Source: Burkholderiales bacterium (lineage in GTDB: Bacteria > Pseudomonadota > Gammaproteobacteria > Burkholderiales > Burkholderiaceae_C). Taken from it: a DNA stretch of 64,000 nt. Position 1 is the first letter of the stretch; every line of letters begins with the position of its first letter. Made by a program: the position numbers and the translations under genes. The notes below the pieces were generated by a model, which was not told where the DNA came from, ran no database searches, and saw nothing but the letters and a program-made list of their open reading frames with translations. Shown here piece by piece: positions 1 to 12,705 of the stretch. The DNA is taken from positions 1,053 through 65,052 of the forward strand of contig JBBQZI010000001.1 of the NCBI GenBank assembly GCA_038207855.1. Direction: 5' to 3'.

Positions 1-2111
1 GCTGGATTGCGGTTGAACTGGGTGACTTCAAGATGGCCACCATCAGCAAAATGAACGCTGACGAACCGATTCTCGATTTCGTTGCCAGATGCGGTAGCGG
101 GCTGGACTTTTTGAACGGCAAGCGGATTCCACTGGATCCAAGCACACCCAATGGGCGCGGGCCGACTGCTACGGCTTGGTGCACCAATCAGAGCGTCGTC
201 GTGCAAGACTATCTGACGAGTCCAATCACCGCGCCCTGGCATGAGGAAGCCCATCAGTACGGCTGGTCATCCTGCGCTGCTTTTCCGATCGTTCGGGCCG
301 GTCTGGTGCGAGGCGCGCTGACCATCTACCATGGTCAAGCGCATATTTTTGATGCCAAGATTTGCAGCTTGCTGAGTGAAATGGCGATCGATATTGGGTA
401 CGCACTGGACCAGATTGATCTGCGTCTGGCGCAGGCAGCGGCCAATGTCGCGCTAAGTAAGAGCGAGGAAAAATTCCGCACCGTGGTGACCAGTTCGCAA
501 GATGGTTTCTGGTTGGTTGACCACACTGGAGACCTGATCGAGGTGAACGAAGCTTATGTGCAATTTTCAGGCTACAGCCGTGAAGAGTTGTTGCAGATGC
601 GCTTTGCTGATCTGCGCGAACTGCAAACCTCACCCGAGGCGTTGCGCCAGCAGATGGAAGAAACCATCAGCAAGGGCAGCGCACTGGTCGAATGCCGCCA
701 CCGCACCAAGAGCGGTGCGCTGAAACTGGTCGAAGTCAGCGCCACCTTCATTCCCGAAAATGGCGGGCAGTTTGCCGCCTTCATTCGGGACCTTAGCCAG
801 CGCGAAGAAGCCAATGCGCGCATCAACCATCTCGCCAACTTCGATTCACTCACTGGCTTGCCTAACCGCAATCTGTTCAAAGAGCAGTTCAAAGCCGCCT
901 TGAGCCTGGCGCAACGCAACAGTGAATCGTTTGCCTGCCTGATGCTGGATCTGGATCACTTCAAGCTGGTCAATGACACGCTCGGACATGGCGTGGGAGA
1001 CCAGTTGCTGATTGAAATCTCACGGCGAATCAAACAAGCACTGCGCGAGCAAGACACCTTGTCCCGCCAGGGTGCCGATGACTTCACCTTGATTCTTCCT
1101 GGGGCAGATGCCGTTGGTGCGGCCATGGTGGCACAAAAGCTGATCTCGGTGGTGTCCCAAACCTGCCAGATTGGCACCCATGAACTGGTGGTTACCGCCT
1201 CCATCGGCATTGCCATTTACCCCCCTGATGGGCAAGATATGGAGAGCCTGGTGAAGAATGCCGAGGTCGCGATGTTCCGGGTCAAACAAAGCCGCCACAA
1301 CGACTTTCGCTTTTTTTCGCCTGACATGCAAGCCAATGCACAGCGCAACCTGTTGCTGTCCAACGCCTTGCGCCATGCCTTGCAATTGCAGCAATTTGAA
1401 CTGCATTACCAGCCGCAGATTTCAATCGCAGAGGGGCGGGTGATTGGCGCCGAGGCCTTGCTGCGCTGGAAACACCCCGAACTTGGGAACATCTCGCCGG
1501 CCGAATTCATTCCGATTGCGGAAAGCACCGGCTTGATCATTCCGATTGGTGAGTGGGTGCTGGAAACAGCCGCAACGCAGGCCAGACAGTGGATGGATCA
1601 GGGCTTGCCACCGATTCTGATGGCCGTCAATCTGTCGGCGGTTCAGTTTAACCACCCGAACCTGGTGCAGATGGTGACCCGCACGCTGGAGCGGGTTGGC
1701 TTAGCTGCCCAATGGCTGGAACTGGAACTGACCGAGGCGGCGGCCATGGATGACCCGCAAGCCGCCGTGCTGACCATGAATCAGCTCTATGAGCAAGGCA
1801 TCCGTATGTCGATTGATGACTTTGGCACCGGCTATTCAAGCTTGAGTTATCTGAAACGTTTCAAGGTTTACAAGCTCAAAATCGACCAGTCTTTTGTGCG
1901 TGACATCACCAACGACCCGGATGATAAAGCCATCGTCACCGCCATCATCAACATGGCCAGGGGTCTGGGGATGCAGACCATTGCGGAGGGTGTTGAGACC
2001 GCTGGGCAATTGGATTTCCTGCGCTTACAGGGATGCGACGAAATTCAGGGCTACTATTTCAGCAAGCCACTACCCGCGTCTGATTTTGAGGCCTTCGTGC
2101 GCCAGCGCTGA
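1..2111 (+). CDS. GAF-PAS-GGDEF-EAL protein (probable c-di-GMP phosphodiesterase), 5'-partial at window edge
   Basis: Frame is open from the window start (WIAVELGDFKMA...). GAF-like SCAAFPI, PAS, degenerate GGDEF (RQGADDF), intact EALLRW and DDFGTGYSSL motifs. Confidence 0.9.
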   Translation, partial: WIAVELGDFKMATISKMNADEPILDFVARCGSGLDFLNGKRIPLDPSTPNGRGPTATAWCTNQSVVVQDYLTSPITAPWHEEAHQYGWSSCAAFPIVRAGLVRGALTIYHGQAHIFDAKICSLLSEMAIDIGYALDQIDLRLAQAAANVALSKSEEKFRTVVTSSQDGFWLVDHTGDLIEVNEAYVQFSGYSREELLQMRFADLRELQTSPEALRQQMEETISKGSALVECRHRTKSGALKLVEVSATFIPENGGQFAAFIRDLSQREEANARINHLANFDSLTGLPNRNLFKEQFKAALSLAQRNSESFACLMLDLDHFKLVNDTLGHGVGDQLLIEISRRIKQALREQDTLSRQGADDFTLILPGADAVGAAMVAQKLISVVSQTCQIGTHELVVTASIGIAIYPPDGQDMESLVKNAEVAMFRVKQSRHNDFRFFSPDMQANAQRNLLLSNALRHALQLQQFELHYQPQISIAEGRVIGAEALLRWKHPELGNISPAEFIPIAESTGLIIPIGEWVLETAATQARQWMDQGLPPILMAVNLSAVQFNHPNLVQMVTRTLERVGLAAQWLELELTEAAAMDDPQAAVLTMNQLYEQGIRMSIDDFGTGYSSLSYLKRFKVYKLKIDQSFVRDITNDPDDKAIVTAIINMARGLGMQTIAEGVETAGQLDFLRLQGCDEIQGYYFSKPLPASDFEAFVRQR

Positions 2112-2135
2112 GGCTGAAATTCGTCGGGGTGCCAG

Positions 2136-3401
2136 TCAAGCTGACGTGCCAGGCGGTACTGTTTGGCTATCGCTTGGTAAAAAAAGCGATTGCAGATTGT
2201 TCAAAAAATCAAAGCCGCGCACGGTTGGCTTGGCATGGTGCAGATCACATTGCATCAAGCCCTGGTGCTCGGCTTGAGCCAAGCCACTGGCAATCGCCGC
2301 CATGGGTAGGCCGGTACGCTCAGAAAACAAGCTCAGATCAAAACCATCCGCCAGACGCAAGCTGTTGAGCATGAATTCAAACGGCAAATCAACACGGCGC
2401 ACTTCATCAATTTGCGCCACGGCATGGCCCGCCAGCGCCTGCGTCATGTAGCGCTCGGGGTCGCGCACACGCACCTGGCGTACCACGCGGTGGGCAAAAC
2501 TAAGCTTGCTGTGGGCCCCCGCCCCCAGCCCTAGGTAGTCGCCAAACTGCCAATAATTCATGTTATGGGCACAAGCATGGCCAGCTTTGGCGTAGGCTGA
2601 GACTTCATAGCGGCGCAGGCCCACTTGGCCCGTCATGTCGGTAATCAAGTCAAGCATGTCAGCGGCCAGGTCGTCGTCAACCGCTGCAGGGGGGTATTTG
2701 GCAAAGAAGGTGTTGGGCTCAATCGTCAGGTGGTAAATCGACAGGTGCGGGGGTTTGAGCGCCAGCGCGGTGGCCACGTCTAGCCGTAAATCATCCAGCG
2801 TCTGGCCTGGCAACGCGTACATCAGGTCAAGATTGAAAGTATCAAAGGCCAGTGCGGCTTCTTCCACTGCCGCCAAAGCTTGCGCGCGGTCATGCACGCG
2901 GCCCAGCGCCTGTAAATTGTTGTCGTTGAAGCTCTGCACGCCAACCGACAGCCGCGTCACACCGGCCGCCCGATAGGCTTTGAAACGGTCTTTCTCAAAC
3001 GTGCCGGGATTGGCCTCAAGCGTGATTTCACAGTCGGCGGCCAGCCGCAACCGCGCCCGAATGCCCGATAGCAATTGGTCAATGGCCTGCGGCGAAAACA
3101 GGCTGGGCGTGCCCCCACCCATGAAAATAGTTTGCACGCCACGCCCCCAAATCAAGGGCAAGGCAGCTTCCAGATCGGCCATCAGGGCATCCATATAGCG
3201 CTGCTCAGGCAGTTCGGCGGCACGCATGGCATGCGAATTGAAGTCGCAATACGGGCACTTTTTCAGGCACCAAGGCAGGTGTACATAGAGTGACAGCGGC
3301 GGCAAGGCGCTCAGCTGCAAGGTGCCGGCGCGCATGTAATGCGCAATGTCGTGGACGGCTGCGGTCTCTTGCACCTGAGCCGCAGGTTGAATGGGGATCA
3401 C
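2136..3401 (-). CDS. hemW: Radical SAM heme chaperone HemW (HemN-like)
   Basis: YVHLPWCLKKCPYCDFN CxxxCxxC motif, GGGTPS, HNMNYW; classic rph-rdgB-hemW order. Confidence 0.93.
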   Translation of the reverse strand: MIPIQPAAQVQETAAVHDIAHYMRAGTLQLSALPPLSLYVHLPWCLKKCPYCDFNSHAMRAAELPEQRYMDALMADLEAALPLIWGRGVQTIFMGGGTPSLFSPQAIDQLLSGIRARLRLAADCEITLEANPGTFEKDRFKAYRAAGVTRLSVGVQSFNDNNLQALGRVHDRAQALAAVEEAALAFDTFNLDLMYALPGQTLDDLRLDVATALALKPPHLSIYHLTIEPNTFFAKYPPAAVDDDLAADMLDLITDMTGQVGLRRYEVSAYAKAGHACAHNMNYWQFGDYLGLGAGAHSKLSFAHRVVRQVRVRDPERYMTQALAGHAVAQIDEVRRVDLPFEFMLNSLRLADGFDLSLFSERTGLPMAAIASGLAQAEHQGLMQCDLHHAKPTVRGFDFLNNLQSLFLPSDSQTVPPGTSA

Positions 3402-4000
3402 GTCAGCCAGCGCTCGCGCATCAACGCCACCATGGCAAGCGCTGCCCGACCGCGGTGGCTGTTGGCGTTCTTAACCTCGATGGGCAGTTGCGCAAAGGTC
3501 TCGCGGAATTCCGGTATGTACATCACCGGATCAAAACCAAAACCGTTCGTGCCAATCGGCGCACGGGCGATCTCGCCGACCACCCGACCGACCGCCACCA
3601 GCGGCTCTGGGTCATTGGGCGCGCGCACTGCCACCAGCGTGCTGACCATGGCGGCACGCCGGTTGTCGACGTCTTTCATTTGCTCCAACAGGGCGCGCAC
3701 ATTGTTGTCGTCCCCCTTTGGGTAACCAAATTGGGTGGCGTAAAAAGCCGTTTGCACGCCGGGCAAGCCACCAAAGGCATCAACACACAAGCCAGCATCA
3801 TCGGCCACCGCTGGCAAGCCGCTGTGCGCCGCCGCGTGGCGCGCCTTGGCCAGCGCGTTTTCAATGAAGGTGTGAAACGGCTCAGGTGCCTCAGGAATGC
3901 CCAGGCTGCCCTGCGTGATGAGTTCCACCCCCAATGGAGCGAACATGGCTTGCAGTTCGACCAGCTTGCCAGGGTTGTTGGATGCCAATACAATTTTCAT
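3398..4000 (-). CDS. rdgB: RdgB/HAM1 non-canonical purine NTP pyrophosphatase
   Basis: ASNNPGK, ENALAKA, GFGFDP, SHRGRA motifs. Confidence 0.95.
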   Translation of the reverse strand: MKIVLASNNPGKLVELQAMFAPLGVELITQGSLGIPEAPEPFHTFIENALAKARHAAAHSGLPAVADDAGLCVDAFGGLPGVQTAFYATQFGYPKGDDNNVRALLEQMKDVDNRRAAMVSTLVAVRAPNDPEPLVAVGRVVGEIARAPIGTNGFGFDPVMYIPEFRETFAQLPIEVKNANSHRGRAALAMVALMRERWLT

Positions 4001-4003
4001 AAC

Positions 4004-4057
4004 AAATAGGCCTCTAGCCCTTATATAACCTGCGTAAGTAGCTATTAATTAGATAGT
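4004..4057 (+). repeat. 54-bp dispersed element copy 1 (contains the rph stop codon)
   Basis: AAATAGGCCTC-TAGCCC-TTATATAACC-TGCGTAAGTA-GCTAT-TAATTAG-ATAGT. Confidence 0.9.
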
Positions 4058-4773
4058 GAATGTTTTTGCAACTGAACCAGTTCGCGAATACCTTTATCGG
4101 CCAGCGTGAGCAGCGCGTCCATCTCGAGCCGGGTAAATGCTGCGCCTTCAGCCGTGCCCTGCACTTCAACAAAATGGCCTGAGCCGGTCATCACCACGTT
4201 CATGTCGGTGTCGCAGCTTGAGTCTTCGAGGTAGGCTAAATCCAGCATTGGCACGCCTTGCACGATGCCCACGGAAATGGCTGCAATGTGATCTTTGATT
4301 GGCGACCGCGTTAATTTTCCCTGCTTGATCAGCCAATGGACAGCATCTTGCGCCGCTACAAAAGCGCCAGTAATGGCGGCGGTGCGGGTACCGCCATCGG
4401 CTTGCAGCACATCACAGTCGAGCTGAATGGTGCGCTCACCAAGAAGCTTCAAGTCAAACACGCTGCGCAGGGCGCGCCCAATCAGGCGCTGAATTTCTTG
4501 GGTACGGCCAGTTTGCTTGCCGCGCGCGGCTTCGCGGTCGCTGCGGCTATGGGTAGCGCGCGGCAGCATGCCGTATTCGGCCGTCACCCAGCCCTCACCA
4601 CTGCCTTTTTTGTGGCCAGGCACTTTTTCTTCAACCGAGGCGGTGCACAGCACTTGGGTGTTGCCAAACTCAATCAGCACCGAACCCTCGGCATGCATGG
4701 TGTAGCTGCGTGTCAGGCGCACCGGGCGCATGGCATTATTGTTCCGGCCATCAAGGCGTAAAAATTCAGTCAT
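4045..4773 (-). CDS. rph: Ribonuclease PH
   Basis: [38 protein letters not shown]. Confidence 0.97.
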   Translation of the reverse strand: MTEFLRLDGRNNNAMRPVRLTRSYTMHAEGSVLIEFGNTQVLCTASVEEKVPGHKKGSGEGWVTAEYGMLPRATHSRSDREAARGKQTGRTQEIQRLIGRALRSVFDLKLLGERTIQLDCDVLQADGGTRTAAITGAFVAAQDAVHWLIKQGKLTRSPIKDHIAAISVGIVQGVPMLDLAYLEDSSCDTDMNVVMTGSGHFVEVQGTAEGAAFTRLEMDALLTLADKGIRELVQLQKHSLSN

Positions 4774-4797
4774 AGACTTCTCTTCAAACAGGGGGAA

Positions 4798-5712
4798 TCA
4801 GATTTTTTTATTGGCAGTGCGGCGGATCGCTGCATTGATTTCAGCGATTGAGCGCTCAATGGCGGCATCGTCCAGATCTTCCATCTCATCGTCAAGGCCA
4901 TCCACTTGCATCGTCGAGGCAAAACCACCGTCGTCAATCGACTCGGTCGAAATGTTGCCCTCTGCGGATTCAACGGCATCGGGTGTTTCCCACGCCATTG
5001 CGATACACGTGACGTTGTCGCACGACTCGCCACCCAGGCGCAGCGCCTTTTCGACCAGCTCAGGCACAGCCACATCGAGCGGCTTTTGGTCGAGTTCATC
5101 AATGATTTCCTGCTCAGGCACGGTCGACCACAAACCATCTGAGCACAGCATGATGCAATCGCCCTGCTGCAGCGACTGCGGTCCGGTCACAGCAAAAATC
5201 GGCTTGATGGGCGACCCCAAACAGGTATACAGCGCATTGCGGTTCGGAAAGTCAGCCTCAACAGCCAGCGGCGATTTGGCCAGATGGCGCTCAATCAGCG
5301 AATGGTCTTTGGTGCGCGTCAGCAAGCCGGCACGCCGGACAAAATAAAGCCGGGAATCGCCGCAATGCGTCCAGGTGACACGGCCCGACTGCACCACCGC
5401 CGCCACAATCGTGGTGCGCGGCGAATCCAACATGCCCCGGCGGGCCGCGTAGCGCAAAATCTGATGCTGCGCGGCCAACAGTGCATCGTTCAGAAAAACG
5501 CTCGCATCGTCCAATTTCGGTCGTGCCTGCTTTTGAAACAAACTCGCAATCGTCTGCAGGGCCAGCTGGGCTGCAATTTCCCCTTCGGGGTGTCCACCCA
5601 TGCCGTCTGCCAGCAAAAAAAGCAGAGATTCGCGGGTGTAGCAATAGCCCATTCGGTCTTCGTTTTCGTCGCGCCCACCCTTGCGACTGACTTGAAAAAC
5701 TGAAAATTTCAT
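4798..5712 (-). CDS. PP2C-family Ser/Thr protein phosphatase with acidic C-terminal tail
   Basis: RDENED, ADGMGGH, HCGDSRLY, LCSDGLW, DNVT motifs. Confidence 0.92.
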   Translation of the reverse strand: MKFSVFQVSRKGGRDENEDRMGYCYTRESLLFLLADGMGGHPEGEIAAQLALQTIASLFQKQARPKLDDASVFLNDALLAAQHQILRYAARRGMLDSPRTTIVAAVVQSGRVTWTHCGDSRLYFVRRAGLLTRTKDHSLIERHLAKSPLAVEADFPNRNALYTCLGSPIKPIFAVTGPQSLQQGDCIMLCSDGLWSTVPEQEIIDELDQKPLDVAVPELVEKALRLGGESCDNVTCIAMAWETPDAVESAEGNISTESIDDGGFASTMQVDGLDDEMEDLDDAAIERSIAEINAAIRRTANKKI

Positions 5713-6716
5713 TTGGTTTTGCTATGGACCTTGCTGCTCTTGAGCGCTTGTTTTTTGCTGCTCGACAGCAGGCTCTCAAATTGCATGCGCACTTTGGCCC
5801 CCACACCCAACTTGGTGTAGCGGCGCTCAGTACCGCGGTTGAGCACTTTTTGCAAATCAAAAACCGCTTGTGGACGCGCTGCTGGGTCAAGCGCCATGCA
5901 CCACTGCACGATTTCGATCAAATCGTCTGAGTACACCCCTTGCGAGCGCTTCAGTGCCAGTTCCATGCGGTCGCTGGTGGCGCGTTGTGGCGCTTCGGTC
6001 GGTGGGTACCCCTGCATGCAGGCGTACATGCAGGCACCCACGGCATAAATGTCGGTCCACGGGCCCATGACACTGTCGCGCCGGTACATCTCGGGCGCCG
6101 CAAAACCAGGCGTGTACATCGGGCGCACGAAGTTGCCCTCTTTGTTCAAGACCTCGCGGGCCGCACCAAAATCAATCAGCACAGCACGGTTGTCGTCGGT
6201 AATGAATACGTTGGCCGGCTTGATGTCCAGATGCAACATCTTGTGCTGGTGAACAATGCGCAAGCCGCGCAAAATCTCATCAAAGAGCGATCGAATGGTG
6301 GATTCCTGAAAAACCGTTTCCTGCTTGAGATCGCGTGCCGTGACGATGAAGTCTTGCAAGCTGGCGCCTTCAAGGTAATTCATCACCATGTAAACGGTTT
6401 CGTTTTCCCGAAAAAAATTCATCACGCTCACCACCGAAGGGTGGGATATCTGCGCCAGTGAACGGCCTTCCTCAAAAAAACTCTTGAGGCCAAGCCGATA
6501 CAACGACAGTTTTTCAGGCGGAACCTGCGGGCACAAGGTACCCGGCTCGCGCGTGGCCAAGGAGGCCGGCAGATATTCCTTGACAGCCACTTGCAGGCCA
6601 TCCAGGTCAGTGGCCAGGTAAACCACCCCAAAGCCGCCAGCAGCCACCCGGCGCATCACCCGGTAACCACCAATCAAGGTACCTGGAGGAAGTGGAGATG
6701 GCTTTACCTTGGACAT
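5709..6716 (-). CDS. Hanks-type Ser/Thr protein kinase
   Basis: GGFGVVY, VAVKE, HLDIKPAN, DFG, APE motifs; ATGA overlap with the PP2C gene. Confidence 0.92.
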   Translation of the reverse strand: MSKVKPSPLPPGTLIGGYRVMRRVAAGGFGVVYLATDLDGLQVAVKEYLPASLATREPGTLCPQVPPEKLSLYRLGLKSFFEEGRSLAQISHPSVVSVMNFFRENETVYMVMNYLEGASLQDFIVTARDLKQETVFQESTIRSLFDEILRGLRIVHQHKMLHLDIKPANVFITDDNRAVLIDFGAAREVLNKEGNFVRPMYTPGFAAPEMYRRDSVMGPWTDIYAVGACMYACMQGYPPTEAPQRATSDRMELALKRSQGVYSDDLIEIVQWCMALDPAARPQAVFDLQKVLNRGTERRYTKLGVGAKVRMQFESLLSSSKKQALKSSKVHSKTK

Positions 6717-6793
6717 TTTTTTTCAATCAAAGCGCGACAAGCAGCAACAGAATCGGGTTATTCTCAAAGTCATTTCATTGAAGAAACATTCAA

Positions 6794-7711
6794 ATGTCAG
6801 TTTACAGCATGACCGGCTACGCCAGTGCCCAGCAAAGCGCCGCCCAAGACCCATCCGACAGCGAGATCAAGAAAATTTCAGGCAGCCGTCTGGGCCTTGA
6901 AATACGCTCGGTTAACAGCCGATTTCTCGACTTGTCATTTCGACTACCCGAAGAGCTGCGCGCCAGTGAGCCGCTGCTGCGCGAAAAGCTGGGCGCACGC
7001 CTCAAGCGCGGCAAAGTCGAACTGCGGGTATCGGTAGAAAACACCGCACAAGGGTTGGTGGCTGAGCCATCGACCCGCTTGCTGCAACGCCTCAACGCGA
7101 TTCAGGACAACGTCAAGGCCTGGTTGCCAGATGCCCGTGCTTTGAGCGTGGCCGACGTAATCCGCCTGACCAGCGCTGACAGCGCGCCTGAGCAGGACTG
7201 GCAACAAGACATCCTGAGCTTGACTGAGCAGGCCCTGGATGCCCTTATGTCAGCCCGGGCGCGCGAAGGCGCCCGACTGGCAGCCATGCTGCAAGATCGC
7301 ATTGCCCAACTGCGCACCTTGGCCGCACAGGCCGAACCCCTGATTCCCCAACTGGTAGCCCAGCAACGCCAACGTTTCATGGACCGTTGGGCGGATGCCA
7401 TGGGCCTGACCGATGACAAAACCCGGCCCGAAACAGCGCAAGACCGGGCGCTGGCAGAGGCCACGGCCTTTGCCATTCGCATCGATGTCGCCGAAGAATT
7501 GACGCGTCTGACCTCGCATCTGGACGAACTGGAGCGCTTGGTTAAAAAGGGCGGCGAAATCGGCAAACGGCTTGATTTTTTGATTCAGGAACTGCACCGC
7601 GAGGCCAATACCATGGGTTCCAAGTCGGCCGCACTCGAGCTCACGCACATCTCAGTCGATATGAAAGTGCTCATTGAGCAGATGCGCGAGCAGGTGCAAA
7701 ACATAGAATAA
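6794..7711 (+). CDS. yicC: YicC/YloC family endoribonuclease
   Basis: [44 protein letters not shown]. Confidence 0.93.
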   Translation: MSVYSMTGYASAQQSAAQDPSDSEIKKISGSRLGLEIRSVNSRFLDLSFRLPEELRASEPLLREKLGARLKRGKVELRVSVENTAQGLVAEPSTRLLQRLNAIQDNVKAWLPDARALSVADVIRLTSADSAPEQDWQQDILSLTEQALDALMSARAREGARLAAMLQDRIAQLRTLAAQAEPLIPQLVAQQRQRFMDRWADAMGLTDDKTRPETAQDRALAEATAFAIRIDVAEELTRLTSHLDELERLVKKGGEIGKRLDFLIQELHREANTMGSKSAALELTHISVDMKVLIEQMREQVQNIE

Positions 7712-7742
7712 GCGGTTTGGCCCACGTCAAAGGTACATGGTC

Positions 7743-8363
7743 ATGGACTACCCCGGTAATTTGTTTGTTGTAGCAGCCCCCAGCGGTGCGGGGAAGTCGA
7801 GCTTGGTGAAGGCCTTGCTTGAACTTGATTCGCACGTGCAGCCGTCGGTATCGCACACCACGCGCGCACCACGCGGTCAGGAAAAGCATGGGCGCGAATA
7901 TTTTTTCGTCTCCGAGTCCGAGTTTGATGCCATGGTGGCAGCAGATGCGTTTGTCGAATGGGCGCATGTGCACAATCACCGCTACGGCACCTCCAAGAAA
8001 GCCATCGAGGAACGCATGGCGCAAGGCGCCGATGTCATTCTCGAAATCGATTACCAAGGTGCATTGCAAATCAAGAAGATATTTGCCAATGCCGTCACTA
8101 TCTTCATTCTGCCGCCCAGTTGGGAAGAGTTGCGGTCCCGGCTTGAGCGGCGCGGCGAAGATTCGGCCCCGGTGATCGATGTCCGCCTGCAAAACGCCGC
8201 TGTCGAGGTGGCTCAAGTGGGCCAATTTGACTTCGTTATAATCAACGACTCGTTTGACAAGGCGCTGTTTGACCTCAAATCAATCGTGCATTCACAGCGA
8301 CTCAAGTTCCTTGCGCAGCGTCGCGCAAGGGCAGCAACATTCAAGGCGCTGCACATTGCCTAG
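7743..8363 (+). CDS. gmk: Guanylate kinase
   Basis: [10 protein letters not shown]-loop, [12 protein letters not shown]; start is 7737 or 7743. Confidence 0.96.
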   Translation: MDYPGNLFVVAAPSGAGKSSLVKALLELDSHVQPSVSHTTRAPRGQEKHGREYFFVSESEFDAMVAADAFVEWAHVHNHRYGTSKKAIEERMAQGADVILEIDYQGALQIKKIFANAVTIFILPPSWEELRSRLERRGEDSAPVIDVRLQNAAVEVAQVGQFDFVIINDSFDKALFDLKSIVHSQRLKFLAQRRARAATFKALHIA

Positions 8364-8391
8364 TGCGCCTCACCCTGGTTTTGGAGATTTC

Positions 8392-8595
8392 ATGGCCCGT
8401 ATTACCGTCGAAGACTGCTTGTTGCAGATTCCCAACCGCTTTCAATTGGTGTTGGCTGCGTCCTACCGGGCACGCATGCTCAGCCACGGCCACACCGCCA
8501 AGGTTGATTGCAAGAACAAGCCTGGCGTCACCGCCTTGCGTGAAATTGCGGCTGGAAAAGTTGGCATCGAGATGCTGAAAAAGGTGCCGCTTTAA
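8392..8595 (+). CDS. rpoZ: RNA polymerase omega subunit
   Basis: [10 protein letters not shown]...NRFQLVLAA...ALREIA; GGAG SD upstream. Confidence 0.96.
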   Translation: MARITVEDCLLQIPNRFQLVLAASYRARMLSHGHTAKVDCKNKPGVTALREIAAGKVGIEMLKKVPL

Positions 8596-8618
8596 GCGCC
8601 AATGCCTGATCTGCTGAC

Positions 8619-8645
8619 AAAAAGCACCGCTTGCGGTGCTTTTTT
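8619..8645 (+). terminator. Intrinsic terminator after rpoZ (bidirectional shape)
   Basis: AAAAAGCACCGC-TT-GCGGTGCTTTTTT. Confidence 0.85.
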
Positions 8646-8690
8646 ATTGGCAAACGCTCACATTCGGTCAAGGCGCGCTATATTTGACTG

Positions 8691-10964
<2,274 letters not shown>

Positions 10965-10978
10965 ATCGGTGCCCGGAA

Positions 10979-11539
10979 TCAATGCGTGATGGGCGCCGGG
11001 TAGCGCACACCGGTGACTTCGATCTCAACCGAACCCACTGGGGTACTCAATTTGAGCACATCGCCCAGACGGGCTTTCAGCAACGTTCTGGAGATCGGTG
11101 CCACCCAACTGACCTCCCCTTGGCTGCTGACCGCTTCATCAATACCCATGATGGTGATGGTGCGCTCGACACCCGTGTCATCCACATACACCACGGTAGC
11201 ACCAAAAAATATCTGCTCGTTACCGTGGTGCATTGATGGGTCAACCACCTCAGCAATTTCAAGGCGCTTGGTCAAAAAGCGGATTCTGCGGTCAATTTCG
11301 CGCAGGCGCTTCTTGCCGTAAATGTAGTCGCCATTTTCAGACCGGTCGCCGTTGCTGGCGGCCCAATGAACAGCATCGACAATTTTGGGTCGTTCCACGT
11401 CAATCAGGTCAAACAGCTCCTGCCGCAATACCGCGTAGCCCTGAGGCGTGATGTAGTTTTTGCCGTTGGCTGGCAATTCAGGTAACTGCAAATCATCGTC
11501 GTCATCGCCTTCGACTTCCTTGGTAAAGGCTTTGCTCAT
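10979..11539 (-). CDS. greB: Transcription elongation factor GreB
   Basis: WAASNGDRSENGDYIYGKKRLREIDRRIRFL; start trimmed to MSKAFTKE. Confidence 0.95.
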   Translation of the reverse strand: MSKAFTKEVEGDDDDDLQLPELPANGKNYITPQGYAVLRQELFDLIDVERPKIVDAVHWAASNGDRSENGDYIYGKKRLREIDRRIRFLTKRLEIAEVVDPSMHHGNEQIFFGATVVYVDDTGVERTITIMGIDEAVSSQGEVSWVAPISRTLLKARLGDVLKLSTPVGSVEIEVTGVRYPAPITH

Positions 11540-11547
11540 GTTCAATT

Positions 11548-11601
11548 GCTCTTGAAAATAGAGTGGCTTACGCAGCACCTATATGGGCTACAAGGCTACC
11601 A
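11548..11601 (-). repeat. 54-bp element copy 2 (encodes the nadA C-terminus and stop)
   Basis: TGGTAGCCTTG-TAGCCC-ATATAGGTGC-TGCGTAAGCC-ACTCT-ATTTTCA-AGAGC; same 26-bp box spacing. Confidence 0.75.
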
Positions 11602-12704
11602 GGCACTTGACCGCTTTTAAGAGCTGCAGTAAACGCCAGCATCCGGTCAATCGGCAAACGGGCACGCAGGCCCAAGGCCGGGTCCACATGAACCTGGTTG
11701 GCGCCGGTTTCCAGCACGCGGGCTACATCGGCCAAGCTGTTCATGGCCATCCACGGGCAATGGGCGCAACTCTTGCAAGTCGCGCTATTGCCACCGGTGG
11801 GGGCCTCCAGAAACACCTTGCCAGGATTCAGGGTGCGCAGCTTGTGCATCATGCCGTTGTCGGTGGCCACAATAAACTCTTTGGCATCCATCTCGTGGGC
11901 GGCTTTCAAAATGCCTGAGGTCGAGCCCACCGCATCGGCCAGTGCCACCACGTCCGCTGGGGACTCGGGGTGCACCAGCACTTTGGCACCGGGGTGTTGT
12001 TTCATCAAGGCTTGCAAATCCAAGGCCTTGAACTCGTCGTGCACGATGCAGGAGCCGCCCCACATCACCATATCGGCACCGGTTTCGCGCTGAATGTAGC
12101 CGCCCAAATGCCGGTCAGGTGCCCAGAGAATTTTGTGTCCCTGGTCTTTCAAGGCCTTGACCACGTCAAGTGCGCAGCTCGATGTCACCAGCCAATCAGA
12201 GCGTGCCTTGACGGCCGCGCTGGTGTTGGCATACACCACCACCGTGCGATCCGGGTGAGCATCGCAAAATGCGCCGAATTCATCCGCCGGGCAGCCCAGG
12301 TCAAGCGAACAGGTGGCATCCAAATCGGGCATCAGGATGCGCTTTTCAGGCGACAAAATTTTGGCCGTTTCGCCCATGAAACGCACGCCTGACACGACCA
12401 GGGTTTGGGCCGCGTGGTCGCGGCCAAAACGTGCCATCTCCAGCGAATCACTGACCAGGCCACCGGTTTCTTCGGCCAGGTCTTGTAAATCCGGGTGCAC
12501 GTAGTAGTGCGACACCATAACGGCATTTTTTTCTTTCAACAAGCGGCGGATTTTGTCCTTGAGTTGTGCCCGCTCAATCGCTCCAGGCTCAACTGGCACG
12601 CGTGCCCAAGCATGCTTGGTGGCGCAAACCGGCGCACTACCCGTGTTGAAACGTTCGGGCTGCTCGTAATCAACTTCTTTCAGGCCAGCAACTGGTTCCA
12701 TCAT
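11568..12704 (-). CDS. nadA: Quinolinate synthase
   Basis: SHYY, DSLE, TCSLD, VYANTSA, CIVH, HPE, CPWMAMN; AGGAG SD before 12704. Confidence 0.95.
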   Translation of the reverse strand: MMEPVAGLKEVDYEQPERFNTGSAPVCATKHAWARVPVEPGAIERAQLKDKIRRLLKEKNAVMVSHYYVHPDLQDLAEETGGLVSDSLEMARFGRDHAAQTLVVSGVRFMGETAKILSPEKRILMPDLDATCSLDLGCPADEFGAFCDAHPDRTVVVYANTSAAVKARSDWLVTSSCALDVVKALKDQGHKILWAPDRHLGGYIQRETGADMVMWGGSCIVHDEFKALDLQALMKQHPGAKVLVHPESPADVVALADAVGSTSGILKAAHEMDAKEFIVATDNGMMHKLRTLNPGKVFLEAPTGGNSATCKSCAHCPWMAMNSLADVARVLETGANQVHVDPALGLRARLPIDRMLAFTAALKSGQVPGSLVAHIGAA

Positions 12705-12705
12705 G

